A stretch of DNA of 63,174 nucleotides, filler included, from Phoronis australis (taxonomy: Eukaryota; Animalia; Phoronida): NCBI GenBank assembly GCA_002633005.1. It is 10 parts of 10 records of this genome, joined end to end, with 100 filler letters (N's around TTAATTAATTAA, not from the genome) between each part and the next. Parts side by side here need not be neighbours in the genome. Positions count along the whole stretch, not along the records: positions 6,879 to 26,781 come from NMRA01001436.1; 9 more parts are not named here. One strand, 5' to 3'. A program made the position numbers and the translations under genes. The notes under the pieces are model-generated. The model searched no databases. It saw nothing but the letters and a program-made list of their open reading frames with translations, and had not been told where the DNA came from. This document shows, one piece after another, positions 11,385 through 24,084 of this stretch (position 1 is the stretch's first letter; every line of letters starts with the position of its first letter).

Positions 11385-13639
11385 TTCCGATTTCCACTGA
11401 AATGCGATCGATGTGTGATTTACGGAGTATCCTGTACCTCCAATTATTTTTTTTTTACATAAGAGCAAAACTTCGTGACTCTTCTGTTGAGTCATGGGTC
11501 GCTCTTAGTGTAAAGAAAATTACACGCATGCAAGAGGCGTTTGCCAAGTGGACCAAAACGGGCTTGTAAATGGAAGTCGTTTTGTAATATGTGCGGGTGG
11601 TTACTATTAGCCGACAAAGGGACATCGACCTAATGCAGGATACAGTCGCACTTGTCCATTCATACATATTCTTACTGTTGATCAGTTTGTTAGATAAATA
11701 CAATCTTATTGTCGATGATTCGTGTAAGATTAGCGTTGAAAATAATTATTAATTGTTTCGATCCGGTGCATTGTATGCGTAGAGGTCTACCAGTTCCGTT
11801 CTATATACAGCTGTGTCTTAACTAATATTTGTCAATATTTGTGTCTTGTTAACGGTTTAGAAATCACAATCATTATTGCGTGTTAATAAAACATTGCTGT
11901 ATGTTAATACAACGTTTATGGCGGATATAACACTTTTAGAGATTTCCGGGCAGAGTTTCATTATCTCAATAAATTATTATTTACTTTCTAACTGTGTGTA
12001 TAATGTTATAAATGCGACATCGTTCGCTAAAAGCGCTCATTTATTTTCTTGTATTGATTTGGCCCACAACCATGGTAATCGATCAGTTTCGAACGCTAGA
12101 GAACACCTGTCCGTATAAGGTCCAACTTAGTGATTTAACCCACGATAATGTCTGTTGCAGTGAAATTATGAAGTTTGGTATTTTTTTCAAAATGCAAATG
12201 CTTTGCACATCATAAAAACGATGTATTGCTATTGTTCCTCAATTATGATTAGCTAAACCCCAATGGAGGTCTCAAATATTATGTATGAGTTTCTCCACGT
12301 GATAAAATCACGAATTCGTTATCTTTTAGCATGTATACCTCCTGTGTTTACGTCAAGAGCGCTCAGTGGGCCAGGCCACAGGAGGTCCACCCGGGATTGA
12401 CGACTGTAATCCTCAACAGCAAACTTTGGAGGAAAAGAGACGATGCTGGTTGACCTTTTTAGCGATGGAACAAAGGAGCGATACCTCGCGCATACCTAAG
12501 GTCAGGCCCCCCAAAAATGTAATCGGAAGGACGAGTGAACTATTCACATTTCAAACGAAATACCAATTTATCAATTTAAATTGCACTATGGTGAATAGAA
12601 GATAAAGAGATTTAAATTTAAACTTTTACATAATTCAGTGAGTAACACGCAATGCTTGACACATCGAAGTTACAAAAAATCAGGTCGCCTGTCTCGTGAC
12701 TTACTAGATTTCAAAGTTAAGAAGAACTATTCCATTGAGCGCGAGACAATAATGACACATGGCTGTCGCTTGTTTAACTTACCCTGAATGATATGCAACA
12801 GAAGAGAATACTAAACCACTCAAAACAGTAAGTGAGTCTCTCGTTTTAGTTTCTAATTTCCAGGAAACTGGATGAACAAATGAACACATTCTAAGCAAGT
12901 ATTCTTGAAACATCTTTATGAACTGGAGTAGGTCTACACATATCTTTTTTCCAACGATAAAACATGGGCTTCGCGGCACTGTGGGGGTATAGCGTAGTGT
13001 AAACGTATGTTGGGCAAGACGTTAAATTATAAAGCTGGAACAAAAATATATCACAACTCTCTTTTGCATTGTGCGCTATTGAGCTTCCAAAAACGAAAAT
13101 TGAATTATACCTCTTTATGATTGAAATCGGTCTCATGAAACTAGTGTAATTTAGCGAGACAAATATTCTCCGCTTTATCACAGACATTGGATATTTATTA
13201 CGTAAGTTAGTAACGAGGAAGCGACCGACATCTACGATAGGACACGGAGTGTGGGTGTAGTTATCTTTTGATAGCTACCAGTGCGTGGATAAGTCAAAAT
13301 AAGATTGAGGTTATCAAAATACGCCTCACCATTTATCAACAAATGAAAAACAGACATTGGATCGATTAGAACAGTGTTGATTACGTCTACTTATTCAAGT
13401 ATTGCAATCATTACATGTTCCGACATGTCTATGAAAACCTTTCAATAGGAATATAATTGTCCTTTTATACAGACATGTGCTTTATTGTTTCAGTTTACCT
13501 GGTAAGCAGAGTCCTGGGTTATTTAGACATTTGGAACGGTAGTCTTCTAGCAAGTGGAAATTGTTAGTCGCAGCAGGAGCAACCCATTAAGTTTGAAATA
13601 ACCGCGGGTCAGAGGAGGTGTATCGCCAGTGGTGACTTA

Positions 13640-13745
13640 CCAGGCTCCCGTTCAGTAACGCTAAGACCTCGCTAAAAAGCAAGACTTCGCGAGATTACGT
13701 GAGATATTGTCGTGCATTTTAAATGACAACACGTGACTTTGACTA
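13640..13745 (+). repeat. Dispersed repeat copy (inverted homolog at about 21650-21755)
   Basis: ccagg..gttcagtaacg..caagacttcgcgagattacgtgagatatt..cacgtgacttt aligns with the reverse complement of 21650-21755. Confidence 0.6.
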
Positions 13746-13849
13746 GATCATTTTAGCTAGGTCCTAGCGTCTACTGAACGCACGCCAGTTATCATTCGAA
13801 CAAGACATGCATTACTATGGTTTCAATCACGTGTGAATTGAAAGGACTC

Positions 13850-14455
13850 GTGCCCCGTTGCATGAAACAGTCCCAACTAAGTTCCCTAAATATTCTGCGT
13901 ACTTGTGGGCTTGTGAAAACACCAATTGTCTTTTCTTATGCTGTTTGAGTCTCAGTACTAAGTCAGTTTTGATCTTTGATACAAATAGAAAAAACAGTGC
14001 AGGTGGTCTGATGTCATTTGCGGTGCATCAGACGTGCGCAGGCCTCATGGTTGGGCCCATTGCACAAAACACCTGAGTAAAGGCACGAGACCCCAATTAT
14101 GGCTCCTCGTGAAGAAAGTTTTCAAGTCTGCCAGTCTCCTTTAGGAAAACGGACAGACGTCTACAAACAGAGGGTGAATTGTACATTAAATTCTCAATAT
14201 TATTGAAAATAAGTTGGGATCTTTCCACGCAACCCCCCTAGCTTAAGGACCGAGTCCCTAATTATTTTGATTGTATTAAGGGCTCAGTTTTTAGCTATAT
14301 TGTTAGAACTGTCATTTAGTTAAAGAGGAGATTGTAATTAAGAAAAAATAATAGAAAAAATGTTACATCTGTGAGCGCAGAACAAAATAAATACGCAAAA
14401 GACTTAGGGAAATAAAATGAGTCCTTATTTGGGACAGTTTCATGCAACCGACCAT
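13850..14455. mobile_element. MITE with about 25-bp TIRs (gttgcatgaaacagtcccaa...ttgggacagtttcatgcaac)
   Basis: Terminal inverted repeats plus further subterminal inverted similarity (ttccctaa..tgcgta); non-coding. Confidence 0.7.
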
Positions 14456-14551
14456 CAGTGTACCCCTTGGACTCTGTAACCGCTTGTACACCTTTGAATG
14501 GAGCATCGCAAATATACATACATGTTTGTGAAGAACACTGATGTGTTCCGG

Positions 14552-14796
14552 CTACTGCGTTATTGGGTCTTACAAATAGGAGTAGAGAGATCAAGACGTG
14601 TTCTACTGCGTTATTGGGTCTTCCAAATGGAGTAGAGAGATCAAGACGTGTTCTACTGCGTTATTGGGTCTTCCAAATAGGAGTAGAGATCAAGACGTGT
14701 TCTACTGCGTTATTGGGTCTTCCAAATAGGAGTAGAGAGATCAAGACGTGTTCTGCTGCGTTATTGGGTCTTCCAAATAGGAGTAGAGAGATCAAG
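14552..14796. repeat. Minisatellite, about 5 x 49-51 bp (ctactgcgttattgggtcttccaaataggagtagagagatcaagacgtgtt)
   Basis: Direct tandem copies with few variants. Confidence 0.92.
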
Positions 14797-14880
14797 GGCC
14801 CGTTTCACTAAAATGACGTTATTTTACAAAGTTTAGACTCTGTACATCGTAACGTTATGAGTTTTAGTGAAACAGGCGCC
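14796..14880. mobile_element. Mini-MITE (gggcccgtttcactaaaa ... ttttagtgaaacaggcgcc)
   Basis: About 18-bp terminal inverted repeats around a short spacer; termini resemble GGGCCYGTTTCA-type non-autonomous DNA transposon ends. Confidence 0.6.
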
Positions 14881-16743
14881 AAACCACGGAGTGAACCTAC
14901 GTTGTGTACCACCAGACGAGTGGGGTTACAACTCATATAAATAACCATACTTAACAATGTGCATACTTGTTTATTATCCAGAAACAGATTACCAAGATCC
15001 CAGTTTTTAAGAGACATACTTAAACTGATAAATAACGACGGTCAATGTAACGAGATAAAGAAAGTAGACACACCAGTCTGAGTGACAGCATAGACTATAA
15101 TCTATGGTGGCAGTTACAACTAAGTCTGTACCACTTTACACAAGCAACATGTTAGCCAACATTTAAAGGCGTATTGAGCGCTGTTCAGCTAATACAAACA
15201 ACTATTACCTTTTCATAACACATTTCACACAATGGTGAATGCTTAAAGGTTTTGATCCAAGTTTGAGATGGTCACTTACAACATGAAGCATGAAGGCTTT
15301 ATCACCTGTTCTCTATAGTAATACTCCATAGTAATACTGTGGTCGGACATGAGCTCACTATAGTCATACTGGTGTCCAAAATTGAGGGCATTTCTATTGT
15401 GATGAGGACAAATTCCACAAAATAGCACAACCCTAAGACAAATAAACTATTGATACTCCAATGCCCTCTAGTGAGTAAACTAAAAAACATTTTATCCCCT
15501 CTAGCTTCGTGGTATATTCATGTAGTTTCTGTTGATGATATTTCCACATTTTATCTGAAGGTGGCACAATTTCCAGTCCTGTGGGAACATTTGATGAAGT
15601 ATTTTCAAACAAATTTGAACATATGTCCCAACAACTATATTTCTTTGCACTTTTATTCACTGATCGTAATCAATGTTGCTTCCTTGGTAAAATTTAAAAA
15701 ACAAAGTATGTTTAAAAACATACAAAAAAGCAAGTGAATTCTCTACCACAAGACGGTGAGCCTTTAAACCTTTTGACATGGACCCTATTCAGTGAGAAAA
15801 TATATTATTTCCAATCATTACCCAAGTCGTTATTGCCTGACAGTCCATAGTAGGCAAGACATGGATTCTAAACAGTGTACATAGTATCACCGTTAATGAA
15901 ACTTGCCAATCTACTGAAAACTTGTGACCAAAAGAAAGAGTAGGACAGTTTTCAAGTTGAAACACTTGGCTACCCAAAACATAGCAGACTACATCATTAA
16001 CTTATGTGTCAGGACAATCTTGCTCCAAAATACAACAGCAACATTTGAAATGTGTCGTTATTACACCGACAGAGACAGTGAATACGTCAACCAATAAAGT
16101 CTGCAAACTAACCAAGTGTTAAGAAGAACAAAAGTAACAATACATAAGGCACAGCTTTGCAAAAAAACTTAGTTCATCAAACGTGTTGTTACATTATTGG
16201 GTAGATAGGTGCCTTTCCAAAACCAGTCCCAACACAGAAGTGAATCCTCAACCTAGATAGTTGCAATCCAAAACTTTGCTGGTGAAGCCAAAGTCAAAAA
16301 TACCAGAGTACTTTGAACATATTTAACTGGTAAAGTCACCGGCCTCAAGTTCAGTAAATGGCTGGCAGACAACAGTGAAAATTGGCATCTTGTAATAAAA
16401 TGATAACAAGACAATGTATCTTGTTCTTCTATGGCTCTTGTGAAGGCTAATAAATTCAAGAAGGCTATCCCACCCACCAATACCAAAAATGCATTTTTGT
16501 CCAAAAAACAATTACATTCATCTAAACGGACATTCCTCTAATTTTTTTAACTCGTCTCAAACAGTTCACCAGACAGCCTACAAAGACTCATGTCTTTAAA
16601 TTTCAGTTTTCAAAGCATAGCTGATTTTCAAATACTTAGCTAATATTATTACCTTAAAAACTCTAAAATTACAACCCAGTTGTCTTCCCAGAGTTCCAAC
16701 CCGTACCCATAAATCCCCATAAGGTTGCCATGCAACAGTTAGT

Positions 16744-16875
16744 CTACACCTTCTCTACAGCTATCTTGACTGGTAATGGACCATAGTTCACAGCGCCATC
16801 TTGTGGATGACAGTGTTGCAGTCCCTCGTTCTTCAAGTATCGTAAGACATCCATGTCACCGTAGAGACTCAGTTT
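16744..16875 (-). CDS. TMEM59: TMEM59 last coding exon (KLSLYGDMDVLRYLKNEGLQHCHPQDGAVNYGPLPVKIAVEKV*)
   Basis: ctcttcag acceptor. KLSxYGD and GPLPxK match the TMEM59/BSMAP cytoplasmic tail. TAG at 16744-16746. Confidence 0.9.
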   Translation of the reverse strand, partial: KLSLYGDMDVLRYLKNEGLQHCHPQDGAVNYGPLPVKIAVEKV

Positions 16876-17802
16876 CTGAAGAGTGCAAAATATTGTGTGA
16901 TCACACAAGGAACTTGACACCCAGGATGCCTATACGCAGTATGCCTATAGTAAAGGTTCTTCAATTTAGAAGCAGTATGGCAGAACAGTGAAATTTTCAA
17001 TATAAAGCGAATAGAAGAGTTTATATTGTGCAGTTGTCACCAGAAACACATTATGATTTTTAGCATTTTTCACAATGTACTGAGCATTTTGAAAGACACA
17101 GTTTTAACAGTCGTTTAAATTGGAGTAAACTTTACCAAAGAATTAGTTTCTCATGGGTTTTTCATCATTGAGACTTCCTTAAAAGTGTGCTTTTGTGCAC
17201 GTTTGTTGCACAAAACTAAGATTCCAAAACATGCACAACTCGCTACAGTGACAATTAGTCAGTTTTAGTGGAACCGTAACCTTGACTTATAATGGCAGTA
17301 AAATATACATCAGGCTCAATGACGCACTTCAACAATTCGCCAACAAATGGTACTCAGTCACGTCTACAGTCACTGTACAAACCTATGGCAGAGTAAAAGG
17401 CGTAACTGTCGCATTGTTTTGAATACAAGCACACACAAATCATCGTGACAAGCAACTTGTCTCGCTGTTCCCTGTTTCGGTTAAACGCATGTTTTTAATG
17501 ACTTTCACTCCTGACACTAAAATGGAAGCACCCAACCAAAAGCAGCAGCACAAAACATTGACTTATCATTAAGTGCAAGCTGAATATTCTGTCTCCATTC
17601 AAGTGGTCAAAAACATGTTTGTTTTTAAACTCTTGATTTGCCCGAGGACTTTTTACATGATGTCCTATTGTTGAGTACATGTTTTGTACATGCATCCAAT
17701 TCTGGGACGTTTGAAATGACTCGTTAGGATCACCTGCTTTCCTTAAAAGTACACAGCAAACTAGTGGAGGCTTGCGTGATCACACTTTTCTTGACCTACT
17801 GA

Positions 17803-17972
17803 ACGCATGCCTCGCTGTAGGAATACTTTAGTTGAGATGACAAGCAACGATCAAGGTACGCATGCCTGGCTGTAGGAATACTTTAGTTGAGATGACAAGC
17901 AACGATCAAGGTATGCATGCCTAGCTGTAGGAATACTTTAGTTGAGATGACAAGCAACGATCAAGGTACGCA
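17803..17972. repeat. Intronic tandem repeat, 3 x 55 bp
   Basis: acgcatgcctNgctgtaggaatactttagttgagatgacaagcaacgatcaaggt three times plus a 5-bp tail. Confidence 0.92.
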
Positions 17973-18270
17973 AAAACCCAATCATGCTCAGGATCACACC
18001 ACCATTGCACCGTGTACACTTCAGGCCGTTGAAGTCCGCTACATCAATCTGTTAACGTATATTTTAACTGATATATCCGGCGTCAGTGTAGCTTTGGGAG
18101 GATAAGATCAGTCTACCAAGCAGTAAGCACCCACTTTCCACTTTTCAAAAATTTGGATTTTAACTGCCCATGCTCGGCTTACAGCCAACCCCCAATTTTT
18201 TTAGAATCCCAGTTTAAGCACCTGGGCGGTAACCTGGACGAGTAAGGTATACCCAAACAGATAACAGTAC

Positions 18271-18521
18271 CTGCGGCGCCACATTGTGGTCAGGTGCGGT
18301 AGCTGCTGATGACAGACACAGCCAAATCATGACAATAGCTGACAGCAGCAGAGTAAAGCTGAGCAAAAGCCGAGGTAGGCCGGTTTTCTTGGACACACAG
18401 GTCAGCCAATCAGGGGACTGTTGCGAATCTGTCCTGGCCTTAGGGTATGAAGTGAAGTCGGGTGTAGCCGAGTCGTCGAGGGAACGCAGATTTGTCTCCA
18501 AGTAATTGGACGTCTTGTATT
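18271..18521 (-). CDS. TMEM59: TMEM59 exon with transmembrane helix (...DWLTCVSKKTGLPRLLLSFTLLLSAIVMIWLCLSSAATAPDHNVAPQ)
   Basis: tgtttgcag acceptor, gtactg donor, phase 1-0. It matches the TMEM59 juxtamembrane and TM pattern (LxC.S...G...L.LS..V.LW.C...ATA). Confidence 0.9.
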
Positions 18522-18573
18522 CTGCAAACACAGCAGAGGAATGATACACTTTTTGATTTTAATCATTGTAACG

Positions 18574-18579
18574 ATATAT

Positions 18580-18638
<59 letters not shown>
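18574..18638. repeat. (AT)n microsatellite abutting assembly gap 18639-19077
   Basis: Directly visible in the sequence. Confidence 0.95.
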
Positions 18639-19079
18639 NNNNNNNNNNNNNNNNNNNNNNNNNNNNNNNNNNNNNNNNNNNNNNNNNNNNNNNNNNNNNN
18701 NNNNNNNNNNNNNNNNNNNNNNNNNNNNNNNNNNNNNNNNNNNNNNNNNNNNNNNNNNNNNNNNNNNNNNNNNNNNNNNNNNNNNNNNNNNNNNNNNNNN
18801 NNNNNNNNNNNNNNNNNNNNNNNNNNNNNNNNNNNNNNNNNNNNNNNNNNNNNNNNNNNNNNNNNNNNNNNNNNNNNNNNNNNNNNNNNNNNNNNNNNNN
18901 NNNNNNNNNNNNNNNNNNNNNNNNNNNNNNNNNNNNNNNNNNNNNNNNNNNNNNNNNNNNNNNNNNNNNNNNNNNNNNNNNNNNNNNNNNNNNNNNNNNN
19001 NNNNNNNNNNNNNNNNNNNNNNNNNNNNNNNNNNNNNNNNNNNNNNNNNNNNNNNNNNNNNNNNNNNNNNNNNNNNNAC

Positions 19080-19250
19080 CTGTCTCTCCGGCCCAGTTTC
19101 CACCACCACTAGCCCCACCTCACTGTTACCTCTTTGTACATAAAACGTCCATGTGAAGCTGTGACTCACTCGTTTCATCATAGTACTATAGACAGAGTGT
19201 ATCATCATCACGGGGTACAGGACGTGGATACTGGATGGTAGCTCAGCTTC
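19080..19250 (-). CDS. TMEM59: TMEM59 exon (EAELPSSIHVLYPVMMIHSVYSTMMKRVSHSFTWTFYVQRGNSEVGLVVVETGPERQ)
   Basis: ttctgcccag acceptor, GT at 19079-19078, 171 nt, phase 0-0. WTFYVQ matches the BSMAP-domain WTFYLQ motif. Confidence 0.88.
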
Positions 19251-21366
19251 CTGGGCAGAACATACACAAATCAGAGATTACGATTGTGAATACAGCGAGG
19301 AGAGGGGTGTTTATTGCCACCTGCAGCTTATTCGTCAACGTAGCATACAGATATTAACAATCGAAGACAGGATATTGCTTTCTCGTACTTACTGATTGCA
19401 AGAACAACTCACCATCAGAATGGCAGGAATGACACAAAATAATATACAATCACTTATTGTAGCTGTAAAAATATCTATCATTACGTGAACATACAGTAAC
19501 ACAATATGGCACACCAGAGAAATGTTATAAATTTAATTATTTTTCACATCAAAACATACAGCAGCAAATTAATACTCCTCCATGTTCACATTCTAATACC
19601 AAAGTTACCATCGGACAACATTTTGAAAAACGCAGGATTCTACAACAAAGCCATTGAAAATGGAGCAAATTAGGTAATTATTTTTGAGCAATTAAACCAT
19701 GCGAAATTTTTAAAGTTTACGCGAGCGCGCCATATGGTTTGTCAATTTTTGTGTCCAGTAAAGCTCGGTAGTTTTGGTCTCATAGTAGTTTCTAGTTTCA
19801 GCCAAATGAACACATCCCGGAATACCACAGAATTCCCTTTGATTCTGTGATACAGTATTTACCCACAATGCCGTGTGTCTGTAGGACATTTGCATGGGAC
19901 AATCGCAATTGTGATAACAACTATTTTGCATAAAGGTTAATTTGCCATTTGTTGTTCTCATGATTATGAAAATTTTCTGTTCTCTAATGAGTTGCAAAAT
20001 CAGATAATGAGATGACCGAGGTGTGATAAATTGTTCTTCACATGTCCTACGTGGTTCAAAAGTTGCTTAGAGACCGTAGATTTTAGAAATTAGGTCAATG
20101 TTACAATGTGTTTATCTATTCAAGAGTTGAATTTAGGATCCAGGAATTTCTACAAATTCACAACATCTACCAGCTTGACCTAAACACTGCAGCTGGCAGT
20201 CAAATATGCCTCACTCCCTTGGCGACACTAACTGTGCACAGGATCAATTCACCCCAATCACTGAGTGCTTTACTCTGTTTAAAGGGTAATTCCACTAACA
20301 CATGGCAGAATTGACTTGATAAGAAACTCTACCTCTGCTCTGCTACAATAGAGAGAACATGATATCATGAAAAAACTATTAGATGTAATTTTGCAGTACT
20401 TTTTATTAACAGATGGGATGAGTACTACATAACTGGCCCTGTAATAAAACCTTTAATCACTGTACAAGGCTTCAGCATGATCGTTTTAGTACTTATTACC
20501 TTCAAATTATCATTCACGACACTTAGTCTATATTCACCTCAAGATGGGGGCAGGTGATCACAGAGGCAAACAAGTTGACATTTATGCAAGTGATCACAAT
20601 GTGCATTTTAAAGACCATCTCTAAATAGACACACATGTCAGACTATTTGGCCAATCTGATCATCATCTATCATCATCTATATACTGGGCTGGGAATGAAT
20701 CTAGCATATATGCATGTGTATGCAGTAATCTCCACGAACGCTTTTAACGTGTCGCAGAGTCCTGTTTGGCCGAATACGCGTCCTGTTTAAATGTCCAGCG
20801 TCCTGTCTAAAAATCCCCCAACCGGTTTAAAAAAATAGGGACCAGTTTGTAAAAAAGGCATCGTCGTCATCAATAAGGCCTTCAGTGGTTCAAATTAAGA
20901 TTGACGGCAACTCAGTGGCAATAGCTAAGTGGTCAATTGTTGAAAGCCTAATCACGGATCTCACTCAAGTGGCAGACTGGGCTGCTAGTCTTAATGTTGT
21001 AAGGCCACTTGTAAATAATTTCTCAATCATCTGTTCAATTCATCTCAACCAACTAGTGACAAAGGCCCAGTGCCACCTATGAGCCTAATCCACCACCTGC
21101 TCACTGGAGGTACAGTCTGGCACTGAAGTCGCTGATCGTTTGGCCTAATTGCTTTTGTAGTAACCTATTTGTATTGGGCGGACAACTGATCATAATAACC
21201 CAGTGAAAATAATTAGGCCTGATGCTCAGTGGTTAGTTCTTTGCAGTCTAACTTGTCAGCTAAGACACCATTGTGCAAGAGTTTATACAACAGTCGTCTT
21301 TTGGGTGGACCGTGAATCTTTTGGGTGGCCAGAATTTTATTTTTGTAGCACATTTTTCAATATTCC

Positions 21367-21492
21367 GTGGCGCATATTTCGTTGGCATTATAAGCATTAT
21401 ATCAGTGGCGCATATTTCGTTGGCAGTATAAGCATTATATCAGTGGCGCATATTTCGTTGGCAGTATAAGCATTATATCAGTAGCGTATATT
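21367..21492. repeat. Tandem repeat, 3.3 x 38 bp
   Basis: gtggcgcatatttcgttggcagtataagcattatatca repeated. Confidence 0.9.
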
Positions 21493-22912
21493 CCCTCTGA
21501 AAATCTGCCAGGCCGTGTTCACAAGTCAACTTCGATGGCGGCCTTGCGCGATGTTTGCGGTTTCAGGGGAGTAATTCCGAGATTTGGGACAGCTACTGAT
21601 GTCACTGGGTAAAGTTCAAAATATATGTCTCGCGGTCAGAAATTGTAGCCAAAATCACGTGCTCTCAATGAAAACACATGGTAATATCTCGCGTAATCTC
21701 GCAGAGTCTTGTTTACCTAGCGTACTCCTTACGTTATTGAACTCTATCCTGGCTTCCGTTACCGATTGACATGTGCATTCTACATACTTAGTACTGCCGT
21801 CTGCCACGAGAAGGTGTAGGACTGCTAAGGATTTACATTAAAAATCGAGGCCGAGAGATGTTTCAAATACTGACGTTGACTCAGATGTAGATATGACAGA
21901 TAATCCAGATGGTGGTGATTCTGCCGCATTCAGTCAACGAACCGCAAATATCCAACATCACACCGGTATTCTTAAAATTCACTCCAACTTGACAATAGAT
22001 GGTTCTCGACTGGAAGAATGAGTTTGTGACAATTCTGAAATTTATGGAATTCCACAGCTGCAAGCGTTTGACAATCCAGTTGTAATCTTTCTAAAAATTT
22101 TGGTTTTCATCAATAGGTCTAACACTCCCATCCAAGTAAATGGAAAATGCACGTGAATCGTTTTGATGGAGGACTCGCATATAGTGCAGTTTTTACAAGA
22201 ATTGTGGTAGTGCAGAAGTTTAATGTTGTACTAACTTCAGAACAACAAATTCAGACAGACAATGCAGGCTGGGGTATTGACTATAAGATTGCTGTGCAAG
22301 ACATTAGACTGAGAGAAAATGTAGACTTAGCTATCAAGACATAAAAATGTGACTGGCTTTATAAAGGAACTTCACTTGGACTGTCTACTTCGTGAGAAAA
22401 ATTTACCTCTATCTTAGACTTTTGGACTTAGTGGACGTTGACATCACAAGTATTGAGTAAAATATTTCCTTTACTATTTCAAACATGTCCGTGTAGACTT
22501 CCATGTCAAAGCCATTGACTAAACAAAAAGTTTATGTGATATGTTTGTAAATAAGTCCACCTTTTAAAAATAACAAGTTGAACAAACACAGTTATTTGTT
22601 TGCACTGCTTTGAATTACTGTTGAAGTGCATGGGTAAAAATAAGGTGCACACTAGCACAGAGAACGTTGACCGCCACCTGGTTCCGGATTGTTTGTTGCA
22701 GCTTTTACGCGTGCGACAAGTTTAGATTTTCAGATGTGAAGAACACTGGTATGTGTAACTGTATGTTATGTAATATAGGCATTTGGTCACTCCAGTGAGA
22801 CCCTTAGTTTAAAGCCCATAATTTCATATGCTGTAAATACAGTAATCTTTAAAAACACAAATAGCAAACAACCAGATTGTCTGTATTATTTACAACCATC
22901 TAAATCTGTTAC

Positions 22913-23007
22913 CTCAGTTGACTTCTGCAGTGAATATGGTCGTTGACTCTGGCAGCCTGTGTTACAAGCGTCTACCAGCTGAGAGTTATGATAGGCCTCC
23001 TTGCAAG
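22913..23007 (-). CDS. TMEM59: TMEM59 exon (ACKEAYHNSQLVDACNTGCQSQRPYSLQKSTE)
   Basis: tgttccag acceptor, gtaaca donor, phase 1-0. The CxEAY...ACxxGC cysteine pattern is characteristic of the BSMAP domain. Confidence 0.9.
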
Positions 23008-23277
23008 CTGGAACACAGTGAGGTAAAAGACGATTGGATGCGTTTTGCAACATAATTCTCTTCTATCGCACACAATTCGGAGAAACATTGGGAATTACAG
23101 TAACTTATTTGTTTTGCACAAAAAAGCTAAAATAGCAATTTTTGTTAAAGATGATTACATTGCATCAAAAAAGTTTTTGACGTGTACACATAAGACATTT
23201 TCTCCATTATTTTCAAAAGTTTAGAAAACATAAAGACATTCATTTGAGAACCATCGTTAAAATAAGAACATATCATT

Positions 23278-23397
23278 CACTACAGCCTTGCATGTATTCA
23301 TACACTACAGCCCTGAATGTCTTCATACACTACAGCCTTGCATGTATTCATACACTACAGCCTCGCATGTATTCATACACTACAGCCCTGCATGTAT
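23278..23397. repeat. Minisatellite, about 5 x 25 bp (catgtattcatacactacagccttg)
   Basis: Direct tandem copies. Confidence 0.88.
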
Positions 23398-23970
23398 TTG
23401 TTTTTAATGGCAATTCATGAAGTTCAGTGCTATTCAACTTGGGCAGCCATTTTCTTGGTTCATCACCATGAATTCATAAAATGGTTTTGACCGTTTCTAA
23501 TTTACTTCTGCTTAACTTGAAAATGTGTTGAAATAGTATCATTTGTGGAAGTTTTAAACTTAAAAGTTAGACTGTGATCAAATCCCTTCTAGGAAGATTT
23601 TAGCGAAAATTATATTTTGGATCTAAATTTTATTTGAGAATTGTGACAAAATAGAATTTCACTTGTCAGCAATACTTTGTGCTATATAAGAACCTGTATG
23701 TTTTAAAATTTCTTAACAAAAGTAATCATTTAAATGTACAAGAAATATTGTTTCGGTAAAAGAACTATTTCCTTGGGACACCTGGCTCACTAAGTTTGTG
23801 AACCTGTCACAAAAATTGAATTGTGAAATAAGGCATGTGCACACTTGTTGGAATTCACAGGTGTTAGTTGTGGCAAAATAAACCATATTATATTCCATCT
23901 TACTTTGAAGTTGGCCATCATTAGACCATCCGAAGCAGTGCTCAGTAACATTTCTTACTCTATTCCAAGT

Positions 23971-24073
23971 ATGGTCTGCACTGTATACATGCTGTATAAC
24001 AACACATGGTCTGCACTGTATATATGCTGTATAACAACACATGTTCTGCACTGTGTATATGTTGCATAACAAC
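23971..24073. repeat. Tandem repeat, 3 x about 35 bp, immediately 5' of the LINE
   Basis: atggtctgcactgtatacatgctgtataacaacac repeated with variants. Confidence 0.85.
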
Positions 24074-24084
24074 GCCGCGAGATA

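Noticed and set aside
9919-11569. Four long ORFs (444-509 aa) of 9-aa repeats such as TTVYVHDEN
   Set aside because: They are by-products of a stop-poor 27-bp unit. They are open on both strands, have no synonymous variation, and show no unique domain or splice context.
16253-16511. Second TMEM59-like tail (ELEAG / LPVK)
   Set aside because: The words lie in different frames downstream of the true stop, most likely chance matches in the 3' UTR.
18402-19211. ORFs of 269 and 206 aa spanning the gap
   Set aside because: They are mostly Ns and (AT)n; only 19080-19250 is a real exon.
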